Of a stretch of DNA of 64,000 nt, positions 35,903 through 45,800 are shown piece after piece; position 1 is the stretch's first letter, and each line of letters starts with the position of its first letter. The notes beneath the pieces are model-generated. The model made no database searches. It was not told where the DNA came from and saw only the letters and a program-made list of their open reading frames with translations. The translations under genes and the position numbers were made by a program. The DNA comes from an uncultured Oscillospiraceae bacterium (GTDB lineage Bacteria; Bacillota; Clostridia; Oscillospirales; Oscillospiraceae). The stretch lies in assembly GCA_934527315.1 (NCBI GenBank), contig CAKTAK010000004.1:7109-71108 (forward strand). Direction: 5' to 3'.

Positions 35903-37600
35903 TTACATTTTTTCCGGTGCGGTCACACCAATGATGCCCAAGCAGATGGCAATCACCTGCCGTGCGGTATCGGCCAGTTTCAGACGGGCATTCAGCACGT
36001 CTTCTGCCTCGCCCTTAATGCGGCAGGCAGCATAGAACCGATGGAACCGGGCAGCCAACTCGATAACGTACCGGTTGATGCGGCTGGGGTCATAATCCCG
36101 GGCAGCCAGCTTAATTTCTTCCGGCAGCGCGGAAATCTGCTTAATCAGCTCCCGCTCCTGCTCAGTGGTCAGCAAATCGAACTGCACGGCGCTTGCTGCG
36201 GGAACGGTGTGTCCGTCCTCTTTCAGCGCTTGAATCAGAGTGCAGATACGGGCATGGGCATACTGTACATAGTACACCGGGTTCTCGCTGTCTTCCCGCA
36301 CAGCCAAATCCAGATCGAATTCCAGATGGGTATCGGGCTTTGCATTGAAGAAGAACCGGCAGGCGTCCACGCCGATTTCGTCCATCAGATCTGCCAAGGT
36401 CAGCGCCTTACCGGTGCGCTTGGAAACCTTTACCACTTCATCGCCCCGCACCAGACGCACCATCTGCATGATGAGGAAGTCCAGATTCCGGCCGTTCAAA
36501 CCCAATGCAGGGGCTTTCATGGTGTTGCCAAAGCGAATGGCATGGCCATGGTGGTCAGCACCCCAAACGTCAATGACACGGTCAAAATGACGCTCCACGA
36601 ATTTGTTCCGATGATATGCAATATCCACGGCATAGTAGGTGTAGAAACCGTTGGAGCGGCGCATGACTTCGTCCTTATCTGCGCCCAGTTCCGTGTTCTT
36701 CAGCCACAGAGCGCCGTCCTTTTCATAGGTCAGACCGGCCTGGGTGAGCAGGTCCACGGTTTCCTTCACATAGCCGGACTGATGCAGGCTGCTTTCCAGG
36801 AACCACTGGTCAAAGTGAATCCGATAGCGCTCCAAATCCCGCTGCATTCTTGCAATGTTATAGGGCAGGCCGAATTCCACAAATGCCTTGCAGCGCTCAT
36901 CGCTGGGTGCGTTCACCCATTTGTCGCCGTCCCGCTCAAAAATCAGCTTGGCCAATGCTTTAATGTCATCGCCGTGATAGCCGTTGTCAGGGAACTCCAC
37001 AGCGTCTTCGCCCTGAATCAGCTGCAGATACCGAGCCTCGATGGATTTGCCGAACAAGTCCACCTGATTGCCGGCGTCATTCACGTAGAACTCCCGCCAC
37101 ACATCGTAGCCGGCGCGCTGCAGCACGGAAGCCAGCGTATCACCCAGCACACCGCCCCGGGCATTGCCGATGGTCATGGGACCGGTGGGGTTGGCGGAAA
37201 CGAACTCCACCATCACCTTTTCCCCGTGACCCACATCACAGCTGCCGAAGTCATCGCCTTCTTTTTCCACATCTGCCAACACATCGCCGTACCACTTCTG
37301 GCTCAGCCGGAAGTTGATAAAGCCGGGACCTGCAATCTCCACGCCCTCAAACCAGCTGCCTTCCAGATTCAGCTCTGCCACCAGAGCCTCTGCAATCTGG
37401 CGGGGTGCTTTCTTCATAGCCTTTGCGGAAACCATTGCATGGTTTGCTGCATAGTCGCCGTTTTTGGTATCCTTGGGAATATCCACATTGCCCCGGAATT
37501 CTGCGTCTTTCGGCAGAATGTCCTTTTCCGCTGCGCTGTGGTATGCCTGCTGCAGCAGCTCATCTGCTTTTGCTTTTGCCTGTTCAATCAAGTTTGCCAT
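35903..37600 (-). CDS. argS: Arginine--tRNA ligase
   Basis: 565 aa, class I aaRS, with the KMSKS-region equivalent VKVSKRTGKAL. Confidence 0.9.
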   Translation of the reverse strand: MANLIEQAKAKADELLQQAYHSAAEKDILPKDAEFRGNVDIPKDTKNGDYAANHAMVSAKAMKKAPRQIAEALVAELNLEGSWFEGVEIAGPGFINFRLSQKWYGDVLADVEKEGDDFGSCDVGHGEKVMVEFVSANPTGPMTIGNARGGVLGDTLASVLQRAGYDVWREFYVNDAGNQVDLFGKSIEARYLQLIQGEDAVEFPDNGYHGDDIKALAKLIFERDGDKWVNAPSDERCKAFVEFGLPYNIARMQRDLERYRIHFDQWFLESSLHQSGYVKETVDLLTQAGLTYEKDGALWLKNTELGADKDEVMRRSNGFYTYYAVDIAYHRNKFVERHFDRVIDVWGADHHGHAIRFGNTMKAPALGLNGRNLDFLIMQMVRLVRGDEVVKVSKRTGKALTLADLMDEIGVDACRFFFNAKPDTHLEFDLDLAVREDSENPVYYVQYAHARICTLIQALKEDGHTVPAASAVQFDLLTTEQERELIKQISALPEEIKLAARDYDPSRINRYVIELAARFHRFYAACRIKGEAEDVLNARLKLADTARQVIAICLGIIGVTAPEKM

Positions 37601-37606
37601 ATAATC

Positions 37607-38035
37607 TCAAACCGCCTGTTCTTTTATTTTCACTGCAAACCGGTTCCGTGAAGACATGACCCGGTCAAATTGCAAGGTATAATCAATTTCCAGCTCTCCG
37701 CCGTGCTCGTCCAGCCGATTGCTGATTTTGTGGGTATCCACCCCGATGGTCATACTGCCGTAAGGGGTGTTGTAAAGAAACACATTGGGCCGCCCCTCCA
37801 CAAACGCCATTCTGCTGTTCGTGGTTCCCTTTCGGGAAATGACAACCTCATCTGAGGTAAAGCTGAATTGGGTTGTGGTACCGGCCATACCGGTAATCTC
37901 GCTTTCCTCATACCGGAGCATGCCCCGGCCGTTGCGATAGGAATACTCGCCCTCTGTAATCAATTCAATGTCGTCCTGCTCCTGTCCTTCCAAACGCTGA
38001 AAACCGGAGACAGTGATCAATACTTTTTTGTTCAT
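37607..38035 (-). CDS. DUF1934 (YwiB-like) beta-barrel protein upstream of argS
   Basis: 142 aa. This gene is conserved next to argS in Firmicutes. Confidence 0.7.
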   Translation of the reverse strand: MNKKVLITVSGFQRLEGQEQDDIELITEGEYSYRNGRGMLRYEESEITGMAGTTTQFSFTSDEVVISRKGTTNSRMAFVEGRPNVFLYNTPYGSMTIGVDTHKISNRLDEHGGELEIDYTLQFDRVMSSRNRFAVKIKEQAV

Positions 38036-38202
38036 GATTCTCCTGCCAATCTCATAATCCTTATCATTTTAGCTGAAACACCGGAAGAATACAAGATATT
38101 CCTTGGATTTCCCTGATATTTTTTGTGGAATTCCGGTCTGTCCCTTGCTATAATGGGGTACAAAAGAAAATTATGCGTAAGTATCTGCAAGGGAGGGTCA
38201 TT

Positions 38203-38607
38203 ATGACAATCGAATTGACGGATTTGGAATATCGCCGGCTGCTGGATTTGGTGTACGTGGGCAACTGGATTCTGAACTCTGCCCGGGGCAGGGACCGCAT
38301 CGGGGATTACGATTATATGGAGTCCAAAATTTTTTCCTATGCCCCAAAGTGCGGCATGAAATCACTGGTGCAAACACCCTTCGGGGTTCCGAAACCCAGC
38401 AAAGCCTTTCAAGAAGGCGGCATTCATGAGGCCATCTGTGATTATGAAGACGCCGTATTTTTTGAAATTCTGGCGGAAGAGCTGGCCCGCCGGGATTTGA
38501 ATCTGTTCGGTGAGCCGGAAGACCCCGCCCCGCTGAACAACCGCATAGAAGAATACATGCAGGAATTTGAGGCCAACGGGTTGGAAAACCTGTCGGTGGA
38601 TTTCTAA
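38203..38607 (+). CDS. Hypothetical protein
   Basis: 134 aa from MTIELTDLEYRRLLDL.. with an AGGGAGGG ribosome-binding site. The ORF-track N-terminal extension lacks a ribosome-binding site. Confidence 0.5.
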   Translation: MTIELTDLEYRRLLDLVYVGNWILNSARGRDRIGDYDYMESKIFSYAPKCGMKSLVQTPFGVPKPSKAFQEGGIHEAICDYEDAVFFEILAEELARRDLNLFGEPEDPAPLNNRIEEYMQEFEANGLENLSVDF

Positions 38608-38617
38608 AGGAGACTCT

Positions 38618-39328
38618 ATGGAAGAACTGAACTTTCTCGATGCCATTCCCATGGACCTGGTCCTCTCTGCCGGACCGGCTTGCCGCCCGGCGCAGCAAAT
38701 CAAGGCAGCCGGTCTCCGGTTCACCTCGGCGCCCATGGATTGGATGGAGCTGTACCCCTTGTCTGCTTTTCTCCACATTTTCGCCACAAAGTATGAAGAT
38801 TTCTTCACGGAAATTGAAGAAGAGCCCCAAACCCACGGAAAAAATCGTCGGGTGGTGGACACGAAAAATAACATCACGTCCATTCACCATTTCCCGGTGA
38901 AAAAATCTCTTTCCGCCGGACAGAAGGCCATGCGGAAAACCATGCTCCGCCGGGCAGAGCGCATCGACGGCATTTTGCAGCAGGCAAAACACGTGCTGAT
39001 TGTGTGCAACCGTCCGGATAGTCCGGAATCTCTGGAGAACTTCCGCCGGGAATTTCAAACCATTTATCCACATTTGACCTGTTATCTGATGAATATTCGG
39101 GATACCGACAGGGATTTTCCCACAGTTACCGCCATGAATGACGGTAAGCTGTTGGAAATTGCGTTCCGAGACGTTCACCCGGAGGGGGACGCAGAATCGG
39201 GAAATCCATTGGCATGGCAGGGCAATTCTCCCTGCTGGCAGGCCGCGCTGGGTCATGTGCAGCTGTCCGATGCTGCAAAAAATTATCGGGAACCGAAAGG
39301 TCTTCTGGAAAAGCTGTTTCGTCGGTAA
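38618..39328 (+). CDS. DUF1796-like (predicted papain-fold) protein
   Basis: 236 aa from MEELNFLDAIPMDLVLSAGPACRPAQQIKAAGLRFTSAPMDWM.., matching the family N-terminal signature SxG.NC....LK..GLR..S.PFDW. An AAGGAG ribosome-binding site is present. Confidence 0.5.
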   Translation: MEELNFLDAIPMDLVLSAGPACRPAQQIKAAGLRFTSAPMDWMELYPLSAFLHIFATKYEDFFTEIEEEPQTHGKNRRVVDTKNNITSIHHFPVKKSLSAGQKAMRKTMLRRAERIDGILQQAKHVLIVCNRPDSPESLENFRREFQTIYPHLTCYLMNIRDTDRDFPTVTAMNDGKLLEIAFRDVHPEGDAESGNPLAWQGNSPCWQAALGHVQLSDAAKNYREPKGLLEKLFRR

Positions 39329-39381
39329 ATTCCGCATACATACCATTCCTTCGGGGCAAACTATCCCCGGAGGAATTTTTT

Positions 39382-39840
39382 ATGAAATGGAATCTGAACA
39401 CAACCACACCGGAGCGTTATCAGCAAATGGTAAACCGTCTCGCTCCGCCCTCCCCCATTGGGAAAAATTGTCTGAATGCCTTTCTGGTGGGCGGCGCCAT
39501 CTGCGCCATCGGGCAAATCTTTTTGAATCTGTTTACCCTCTGGGGGCTTTCCAAAGCCGATGCCGGTACCGCTACATCCGTTACCATGGTCTTTCTGGGG
39601 GCGCTGCTGACCGGTTTGGGCGTCTATGACCGCATTGCCCGATTCGCCGGAGCCGGCACATTGGTGCCCATCACCGGGTTTTCCAATGCCGTCACCTCGC
39701 CCACCATTGAATTCAAAATGGAAGGTGCCATGGGTTTGGCTGCCAAAACCTTTGTGATTGCCGGTCCGGTCATTGTTTACGGCACCGCCGCCAGCGCGGT
39801 ATACGGGCTGCTCCTGTTTTTTCTCTCCCTGTTATCCTAA
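39382..39840 (+). CDS. spoVAC: Stage V sporulation protein AC
   Basis: 152 aa ..NCLNAFLVGGAICAIGQ..GVYDRIARFAGAGTLVPITGFSNA.. with a GGAGGA ribosome-binding site. The ORF-track upstream start is rejected. Confidence 0.8.
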   Translation: MKWNLNTTTPERYQQMVNRLAPPSPIGKNCLNAFLVGGAICAIGQIFLNLFTLWGLSKADAGTATSVTMVFLGALLTGLGVYDRIARFAGAGTLVPITGFSNAVTSPTIEFKMEGAMGLAAKTFVIAGPVIVYGTAASAVYGLLLFFLSLLS

Positions 39841-39887
39841 TTGCGCAAAAACTGCCATCTTTCGCAAAAAAGATGGCAGTTTGTTTT

Positions 39888-40574
39888 TTATTCGGTTTCT
39901 TCCTCCGTATCCCGTTCCAAGACAATGGGCAGATTGTTCTGCAGCGCGAATTTTGCGCTCTGCCAGAGGTTGGAGTAAGCATTCCGCGCCAAGGAAACCG
40001 TGGAATAGCCTTCCTCATTCCGGTCCACTTTCCGTTCCGACCAGCTGAGCACAGCTGCCTCGTCGGCATTCCAGCCCAACTCGTTCAGCCGCAGCAGCTC
40101 CAACATCAAAGCGCCTGCGGTGGAGAGGGTAATCATATCCCCCGTGGGTGTTTCTCCCTGAAACAGCAATGGCTGTTCCACCGGCAGCCACCATTCCGCA
40201 TTCCGGAACAGAGACCAGTTGGCCTGCTCATCGGCCTTCGCCCGCTGAATCAAAGGCTCATCGTCCGGGTTCCAATCCAAGGGCAGGCGGCCGGGGTAGG
40301 GCTCGTTATACATCTTTGCCGCGGCATACAGCAGCAATGCATCCACTGCCGGTTCCTCCAGCTTTGCCAGACGGAACGGACCGTCCAGACGCTCTTCCCA
40401 ACCCTCCCGTTTTCCAACGGTGGACTGAATGGCCTGCATGACGCTGTCCCGCCAACCGGAGGTAATCTTCTGAATTTCTGCCGGCGTCAAATCCGAATCC
40501 GCAGGCTCCAAATCCTCAAACCAGTTCTGGGTATAGTACCGGCTCAGAGAGCCCACATACAAATCCTTTTCCAT
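39888..40574 (-). CDS. Hypothetical acidic protein
   Basis: About 228 aa from MEKDLYVGSLSRYY.., or MSMEKD.. at 40580. The GAGGAG ribosome-binding site spacing favours the second ATG. Confidence 0.45.
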   Translation of the reverse strand: MEKDLYVGSLSRYYTQNWFEDLEPADSDLTPAEIQKITSGWRDSVMQAIQSTVGKREGWEERLDGPFRLAKLEEPAVDALLLYAAAKMYNEPYPGRLPLDWNPDDEPLIQRAKADEQANWSLFRNAEWWLPVEQPLLFQGETPTGDMITLSTAGALMLELLRLNELGWNADEAAVLSWSERKVDRNEEGYSTVSLARNAYSNLWQSAKFALQNNLPIVLERDTEEETE

Positions 40575-40597
40575 GCTCATTTTCTCCTCAAACGGTA

Positions 40598-40921
40598 TTA
40601 AATCAATTCTTTCAGTTTCTCCAGAAATGCATCTTCTCCCCAAGTATTCACCTTGAGGAATACACCCTGACTGCCCCCGGCTGTCACAGCGCTCATGCAA
40701 ATGGGGCCGTCATTCTGAAACAGTGTTACGGACATGCTCAATCGGTTTCCGCCCATATAGCTGAACCGCTCAAACACCCGGACACTGCACCGCGCCGTGC
40801 CCTGCCGGAAATCGCTGGACGCCTCTAAGGACGCGCTGATGCTCCCTCGCAAAATTCCCTGCTCAATGCGCTGCAGAATGCTGTCAAAATCACCGTTCAG
40901 TTGTTTTTCCCATTTTGCCAT
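40598..40921 (-). CDS. Hypothetical small protein
   Basis: 107 aa MAKWEKQLNGDFDSILQRIEQG.. with a GAAGGGAG ribosome-binding site. Co-directional with and adjacent to the previous gene. Confidence 0.45.
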   Translation of the reverse strand: MAKWEKQLNGDFDSILQRIEQGILRGSISASLEASSDFRQGTARCSVRVFERFSYMGGNRLSMSVTLFQNDGPICMSAVTAGGSQGVFLKVNTWGEDAFLEKLKELI

Positions 40922-41004
40922 AAAGATTCACTCCCTTCCATTTGCTGTGTTCAGTATACCAAATTCCGGCACCGGAGGCAAGTGCCCCGCCCGTCTTCGG
41001 AAAT

Positions 41005-41040
41005 AGAAAAACGCCCGCAGCAAAAACTGCGGGCGTTTGA
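41005..41040 (-). terminator. Intrinsic terminator closing the alpha operon after rplQ
   Basis: On the minus strand, AAACGCCCGCAG-tttttg-CTGCGGGCGTTT followed by TTCTATTT. Confidence 0.7.
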
Positions 41041-41052
41041 AAACTGATTCAA

Positions 41053-41394
41053 TTACACCAGTTCGATGACAGCCACTTCAGCTGCGTCGCCGCGACGTGC
41101 GCCAACGCGGGTGATGCGGGTGTAACCGCCGTTGCGCTCAGCGTATTTGGGAGCGATCTCGTCAAATACCTTCTTTGCAACGTCTTCGCGGGTAATGAAG
41201 GACAGGGCCTGGCGGTAAGATACCAGATCTTTCTTCTTACCCAGGGTAATCATTTTCTCTGCAAGAGGTGCGATCTCTTTCGCGCGAGTGACAGTGGTCT
41301 CCATGCGGCCGTTGTCCAGGAAGTCCGTGACCTGCTGACGGAGCATTGCCATACGCTGATCGGTGGTCTTGCCGAGTTTTCTAGTACCGGGCAT
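41053..41394 (-). CDS. rplQ: 50S ribosomal protein L17
   Basis: 113 aa [23 protein letters not shown].. Confidence 0.95.
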   Translation of the reverse strand: MPGTRKLGKTTDQRMAMLRQQVTDFLDNGRMETTVTRAKEIAPLAEKMITLGKKKDLVSYRQALSFITREDVAKKVFDEIAPKYAERNGGYTRITRVGARRGDAAEVAVIELV

Positions 41395-41434
41395 ATTACT
41401 AACCTCCTAAGGTTGAATGGTACGAAACCGTACC

Positions 41435-42385
41435 TTACTGATTATCGTCGCTCGCCAGAGACAGTCCCAGCTGAGCCAGCTTGTGCTCAACCTCTTCCAG
41501 ACTCTTTCTGCCGAGGTTACGGACCTTGATCATCTCGTCTTGCGTCTTGTTGATCAGATCCTCAACAGTGTTGATGTTTGCTCTCTTCAGGCAGTTAAAG
41601 CTGCGCACAGAGAGGTCCAACTCCTCAATCGTCATGTCAAGCAGCTTGTCTTTCGGGGTTTCCACCTTTTCGACAACGGTGCTTGTGCCACCAACTGTTT
41701 CGGAGAGGTCTGTGAAAATTGTAAAGTGATCGACCAGAATCTTTGCGCCGAGAGACAGAGCGTTTCTGGCGGTAATGGTCTTGTCTGTCCAGACTTCGAT
41801 GGTCAGTTTGTCAAAGTCAGTCTGGTTACCCACACGGGTATTTTCCACCGTGTAGTTGACTTTGAGAACCGGCGTATAGATGGAGTCAACGGGAATCGTT
41901 CCGATGGGCATCTGGGGCGTTTTGTTCTTTGCAGCGGGCACGTAACCACGGCCGTGGCCAATGGTCAGCTCCATGTTCAAAGATGCGCCTGCACCCAACG
42001 TTGCAATGTGCAGATCCGGATTCAGGACCTCTACCTCACCGTCGGCCTTGATGTCACCGGCAGTCACTTCGCCTTCGCCGTTTGCATCGATGTACACGGT
42101 TTTGGGGCCCTGGGTATGCAGACGAGCAATGATGCTCTTCACATTCAGGACGATTTCCGTCACATCTTCTTTCACACCGGGAATGGTGGAAAATTCATGC
42201 TGGACGCCGGCAATTTTGATGCTGGTAACAGCGGTACCGGGCAGAGAGGAGAGCAGAACTCTTCTCAACGAGTTTCCGAGAGTCGTACCATATCCACGCT
42301 CCAGAGGTTCAATGATATATTTTCCATAAGAATCGTCTGTGGGCGTCTCGAGGCATACAATACGCGGCTTCTCTATTTCGATCAT
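41435..42385 (-). CDS. rpoA: DNA-directed RNA polymerase alpha subunit
   Basis: 316 aa [13 protein letters not shown].. Confidence 0.95.
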   Translation of the reverse strand: MIEIEKPRIVCLETPTDDSYGKYIIEPLERGYGTTLGNSLRRVLLSSLPGTAVTSIKIAGVQHEFSTIPGVKEDVTEIVLNVKSIIARLHTQGPKTVYIDANGEGEVTAGDIKADGEVEVLNPDLHIATLGAGASLNMELTIGHGRGYVPAAKNKTPQMPIGTIPVDSIYTPVLKVNYTVENTRVGNQTDFDKLTIEVWTDKTITARNALSLGAKILVDHFTIFTDLSETVGGTSTVVEKVETPKDKLLDMTIEELDLSVRSFNCLKRANINTVEDLINKTQDEMIKVRNLGRKSLEEVEHKLAQLGLSLASDDNQ

Positions 42386-42462
42386 ATAGACTTAACCCTC
42401 CTTATTCGATTTATGTGCCGTAGCACGTGGTTTTCAGCTTACCAATTCTGAGGGTCTGGGGA

Positions 42463-43074
42463 TTACTTGGAGTACAACTCGACGATCATGTGTTCAGCAA
42501 CCTCATAATCGATGTCGTCTCTTGCGGGCATAGCCACAACAGTGCCTTCGCCCTTCTTTGCGTCGTAGGTCAGCCATTTGGGCAGGCCACGGAAAGCGTC
42601 TTCCTCCATGAAGCCCTTGATGCGCTCAATGCTTCTGCTGGATTCTTTCACGCCGATGACCATGCCGGGCTTCACCAGGAAGGAAGGAATGTTCACAACG
42701 CTGCCGTTGACAGTGAAGTGACCGTGAGACACCAGCTCACGAGCTTCCCGTCTGGTCTTAGCCAGGCCCAGGCGATAAATCACGTTATCGAGACGACGCT
42801 CGATAGTGGTCAGCAGAACTTCACCGGTGATTCCGGGAGCCTTTTCTGCCTTCTCGTAATATGCACGGAACTGCTTCTCCTGGATGCCGTAGATGAACTT
42901 CACTTTCTGCTTCTCATTCAACTGGTTAGCGTACTCGCTCTTTTTGGTCCGTTTTTTGGCACCGGGGTTCCGCTTATTGGAATTCAGTTTGGATTTTTCG
43001 GTATAGCCCATCACCGCAGGGGAAATGCCCAGCGCTCTGCAACGCTTGACAATGGGCTGCATATTTCTAGCCAT
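42463..43074 (-). CDS. rpsD: 30S ribosomal protein S4
   Basis: 203 aa. Confidence 0.95.
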   Translation of the reverse strand: MARNMQPIVKRCRALGISPAVMGYTEKSKLNSNKRNPGAKKRTKKSEYANQLNEKQKVKFIYGIQEKQFRAYYEKAEKAPGITGEVLLTTIERRLDNVIYRLGLAKTRREARELVSHGHFTVNGSVVNIPSFLVKPGMVIGVKESSRSIERIKGFMEEDAFRGLPKWLTYDAKKGEGTVVAMPARDDIDYEVAEHMIVELYSK

Positions 43075-43097
43075 AGTCTATTTCCTCCTTCCCAAGA

Positions 43098-43499
43098 TCA
43101 GACGCGGCGGCGTTTGGGAGGACGGCAGCCATTGTGAGGAATGGGGGTGACGTCCTTAATCATCGTAACTTCCAGACCTGCGGTCTGCAGAGCACGGATT
43201 GCTGCCTCACGTCCTTGACCGGGACCTTTGACAAACACTTCAACGGTCTTCAGGCCATGATCCATAGCTGCCTTAGCTGCAGTCTCTGCAGCGGTCTGAG
43301 CAGCAAAAGGAGTGGACTTTCTGCTGCCACGGAAGCCCATCTCACCGGAAGATGCCCAGGAAATTGCATTGCCGTGGGTATCGGTGATGGTCACCATGGT
43401 GTTGTTGAAAGAGGAGCTGATATGAACCTGACCTTTTTCAATGTTCTTCCGCTCTTTACGGCGGGTTCTCACTTTTTTCTTAGCGCTTACTGCTGCCAT
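43098..43499 (-). CDS. rpsK: 30S ribosomal protein S11
   Basis: 133 aa. Confidence 0.95.
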   Translation of the reverse strand: MAAVSAKKKVRTRRKERKNIEKGQVHISSSFNNTMVTITDTHGNAISWASSGEMGFRGSRKSTPFAAQTAAETAAKAAMDHGLKTVEVFVKGPGQGREAAIRALQTAGLEVTMIKDVTPIPHNGCRPPKRRRV

Positions 43500-43514
43500 A
43501 ATTCATATCCCTCC

Positions 43515-43883
43515 TTACTTCTTCTTATTTGCGACGGTGCGTTTCGGACCCTTACGAGTACGAGCATTCGTCTTGCTTCTCTGGCCACGGCAGGGCAGGC
43601 CCTTTCTGTGACGCAGGCCGCGGTAGCAGCCGATCTCGGTCAGACGTTTGATGTCCAGAGCGGTCTGACGACGCAGGTCGCCTTCCACAATGTAATCGTG
43701 ATCGATGCATTCACGGATCTTTGCTTCATCCTCATCGGTGAGGTCTTTCACGCGGATGTCAGGGTTGATTCCGGTCTTCTCCAGAATCTTGGTTGCGCTG
43801 GTCCTGCCGATTCCGTAGACATAAGTGAGAGCGATTTCGATTCTCTTGTCTTTAGGCAGGTCGACGCCGGCTATACGTGCCAT
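43515..43883 (-). CDS. rpsM: 30S ribosomal protein S13
   Basis: 122 aa [14 protein letters not shown].. Confidence 0.95.
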   Translation of the reverse strand: MARIAGVDLPKDKRIEIALTYVYGIGRTSATKILEKTGINPDIRVKDLTDEDEAKIRECIDHDYIVEGDLRRQTALDIKRLTEIGCYRGLRHRKGLPCRGQRSKTNARTRKGPKRTVANKKK

Positions 43884-44018
43884 ACTAATTGATCATTCCT
43901 TTCAATGATTGTTTGTTCGCACCTTTTATTGTGCGCACGGGGCTTCATCCCGCCGGAGGGAGCCTCCGATTGCGGTGCGGCTGTGGTGAATTGTGTTCAG
44001 GACCGTATTGTGGATGGC

Positions 44019-44132
44019 TCAGCCCTGTCTCTGCTTATGCTTGGGGTTTTCGCAGATAACCATGACCTTACCCTTGCGCTTGATGATCTTGCATTTCTCG
44101 CACATGGGTTTTACGGACGGTCTAACTTTCAT
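44019..44132 (-). CDS. rpmJ: 50S ribosomal protein L36 (zinc-binding C+ form)
   Basis: Hand translation gives [37 protein letters not shown] (37 aa). It is below the ORF-track length cutoff. Confidence 0.9.
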   Translation of the reverse strand: MKVRPSVKPMCEKCKIIKRKGKVMVICENPKHKQRQG

Positions 44133-44144
44133 TTCTTAAACCTC

Positions 44145-44363
44145 CTATTTACTTCTCCAAGTAATCCGGCCACGGGTCAGATCGTACGGAGACATCTGAA
44201 TCGTGACTTTGTCACCTGGGAGAATACGAATGTAGTTCATCCGGAGTTTACCGGAAATGTGTGCCAAAATGACATGGCCATTGCCAATATCCACTTTGAA
44301 CATCGTGTTGGGCAGAGCCTCGACGACCGTACCCTCAAGTTCGATTTCTTCGTCTTTCGACAT
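44145..44363 (-). CDS. infA: Translation initiation factor IF-1
   Basis: 72 aa. Confidence 0.95.
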   Translation of the reverse strand: MSKDEEIELEGTVVEALPNTMFKVDIGNGHVILAHISGKLRMNYIRILPGDKVTIQMSPYDLTRGRITWRSK

Positions 44364-44390
44364 GCTTAACCTCCTCGAATGTTGCGTTCA

Positions 44391-45149
44391 TCAAATGTCG
44401 TCTGCCATTGTCAGAATTTCGGGTTCACCGTCTGTGATACAAATGGTGTTCTCATAGTGTGCGCACAGTTGCCCGTCCACAGTGACTACGGTCCAATCGT
44501 TATCCAGAACGCGGATTGCAGCGCCGCCCATATTGACCATGGGTTCCACGGCGATTACCATGCCCTTGACCAAACGGGGACCATGACCTGCGCGGCCATA
44601 GTTGGGAACTTCCGGAGACTCGTGCAGGTCTGCACCCACACCGTGACCGACGTATTCCCGAACGATGCTGTATCCGTGGCGCTCCACGTACTCCTGAATT
44701 GCGGCACCGATATCGCCAATCCGATTGCCGGCTTTGGCCATCTTAATGCCTTCAAAAAAACTTTGCCGGGTGACCCGAATCAGTTCTTTTGCTTCTTCCG
44801 AGACCTCGCCACAAGGGAATGTTCCGGCGCAGTCACCATGGAATCCATGGATTTTTGCACCTACGTCCACACTGACGATATCGCCGTTGTGAATCACTCG
44901 CGGTCCCGGTATACCGTGGATCAGTTCTTCGTTCACAGAAATGCAGGCGCTTGCCGGGAATCCGCCGTAATGGAGGAAAGAGGGGGTTGCACCGGATTTC
45001 GTAATGAACTTATAAACTTCCTGGTCGATTTGTTCTGTGGTAACGCCATCCGCAACTGCCTGCCGGGCAACGGTACGTGCCTGTGCAGTCAGTTTTCCGG
45101 CCTTCCGCATGAACTCGATTTCTCGGGGGGATTTTACAATAATCGGCAT
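44391..45149 (-). CDS. map: Methionine aminopeptidase type I
   Basis: 252 aa. Confidence 0.95.
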   Translation of the reverse strand: MPIIVKSPREIEFMRKAGKLTAQARTVARQAVADGVTTEQIDQEVYKFITKSGATPSFLHYGGFPASACISVNEELIHGIPGPRVIHNGDIVSVDVGAKIHGFHGDCAGTFPCGEVSEEAKELIRVTRQSFFEGIKMAKAGNRIGDIGAAIQEYVERHGYSIVREYVGHGVGADLHESPEVPNYGRAGHGPRLVKGMVIAVEPMVNMGGAAIRVLDNDWTVVTVDGQLCAHYENTICITDGEPEILTMADDI

Positions 45150-45152
45150 GAC

Positions 45153-45785
45153 TTAGATCCCCAGAACTTTGTAAATCTCAGCTGTGGTTGCCTCGATCGT
45201 CGGCTGATTTTCCACCGTTTTCAGTTTTCCGCGCTGTGCGTAGAAATCCTTCAACGGCTCCGTCTCCTTATGATAAGTTACCAAACGAGCCTTCACAGTC
45301 TCCGGAGCGTCGTCCTTCCGAATGGTCAGAGCAGCACCGCAGCTGTCGCAAACGCCTTCCTGTTTGGGGGGATTGGAAACGACGTGGAAAGATGCGCCGC
45401 AATTGGGGCAGGTCCGGCGACCGGACATACGATCCACAATGGTCTGATCTTCCACTTCCAGAGACAGAGCGCAGTCAATGTCAATGCCATTGGCTTCCAG
45501 AGCCTCTGCCTGAGGAATGGTTCTGGGCACGCCGTCCAGAATGAAGCCGTTTTTGCAATCGTCTTCAGCCAGACGCTCACAAATGATGCCGATGATGACT
45601 TCATCGGGCACCAGTGCGCCCTGATCCATATATTCCTTTGCCTTCAAGCCCACGGGCGTGCCGTTTTTAACGGCTGCCCGCAGGATGTTGCCAGTGGAAA
45701 TAGTAGGGATCTGCAGTTTCTTGCACAGGATTTCTGCCTGTGTACCTTTACCGGCGCCCGGGGCGCCCAAAAGCACAAGTTTCAT
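45153..45785 (-). CDS. adk: Adenylate kinase (with zinc-binding lid CPNCG..CDSCG)
   Basis: 210 aa. Confidence 0.95.
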   Translation of the reverse strand: MKLVLLGAPGAGKGTQAEILCKKLQIPTISTGNILRAAVKNGTPVGLKAKEYMDQGALVPDEVIIGIICERLAEDDCKNGFILDGVPRTIPQAEALEANGIDIDCALSLEVEDQTIVDRMSGRRTCPNCGASFHVVSNPPKQEGVCDSCGAALTIRKDDAPETVKARLVTYHKETEPLKDFYAQRGKLKTVENQPTIEATTAEIYKVLGI

Positions 45786-45800
45786 GAGCTTTTCCTCCGA

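Noticed and set aside
37607-38202. Possible T-box leader for the DUF1934-argS unit
   Set aside because: The intergenic region is about 165 nt and is shared with a divergent promoter. No T-box consensus or specifier/antiterminator architecture is visible.
39214-39381. Upstream extension of spoVAC (ORF-track start 39214)
   Set aside because: A GGAGGA ribosome-binding site directly precedes MKWNLN at 39382. The extension overlaps the 3' end of the upstream gene in another frame.
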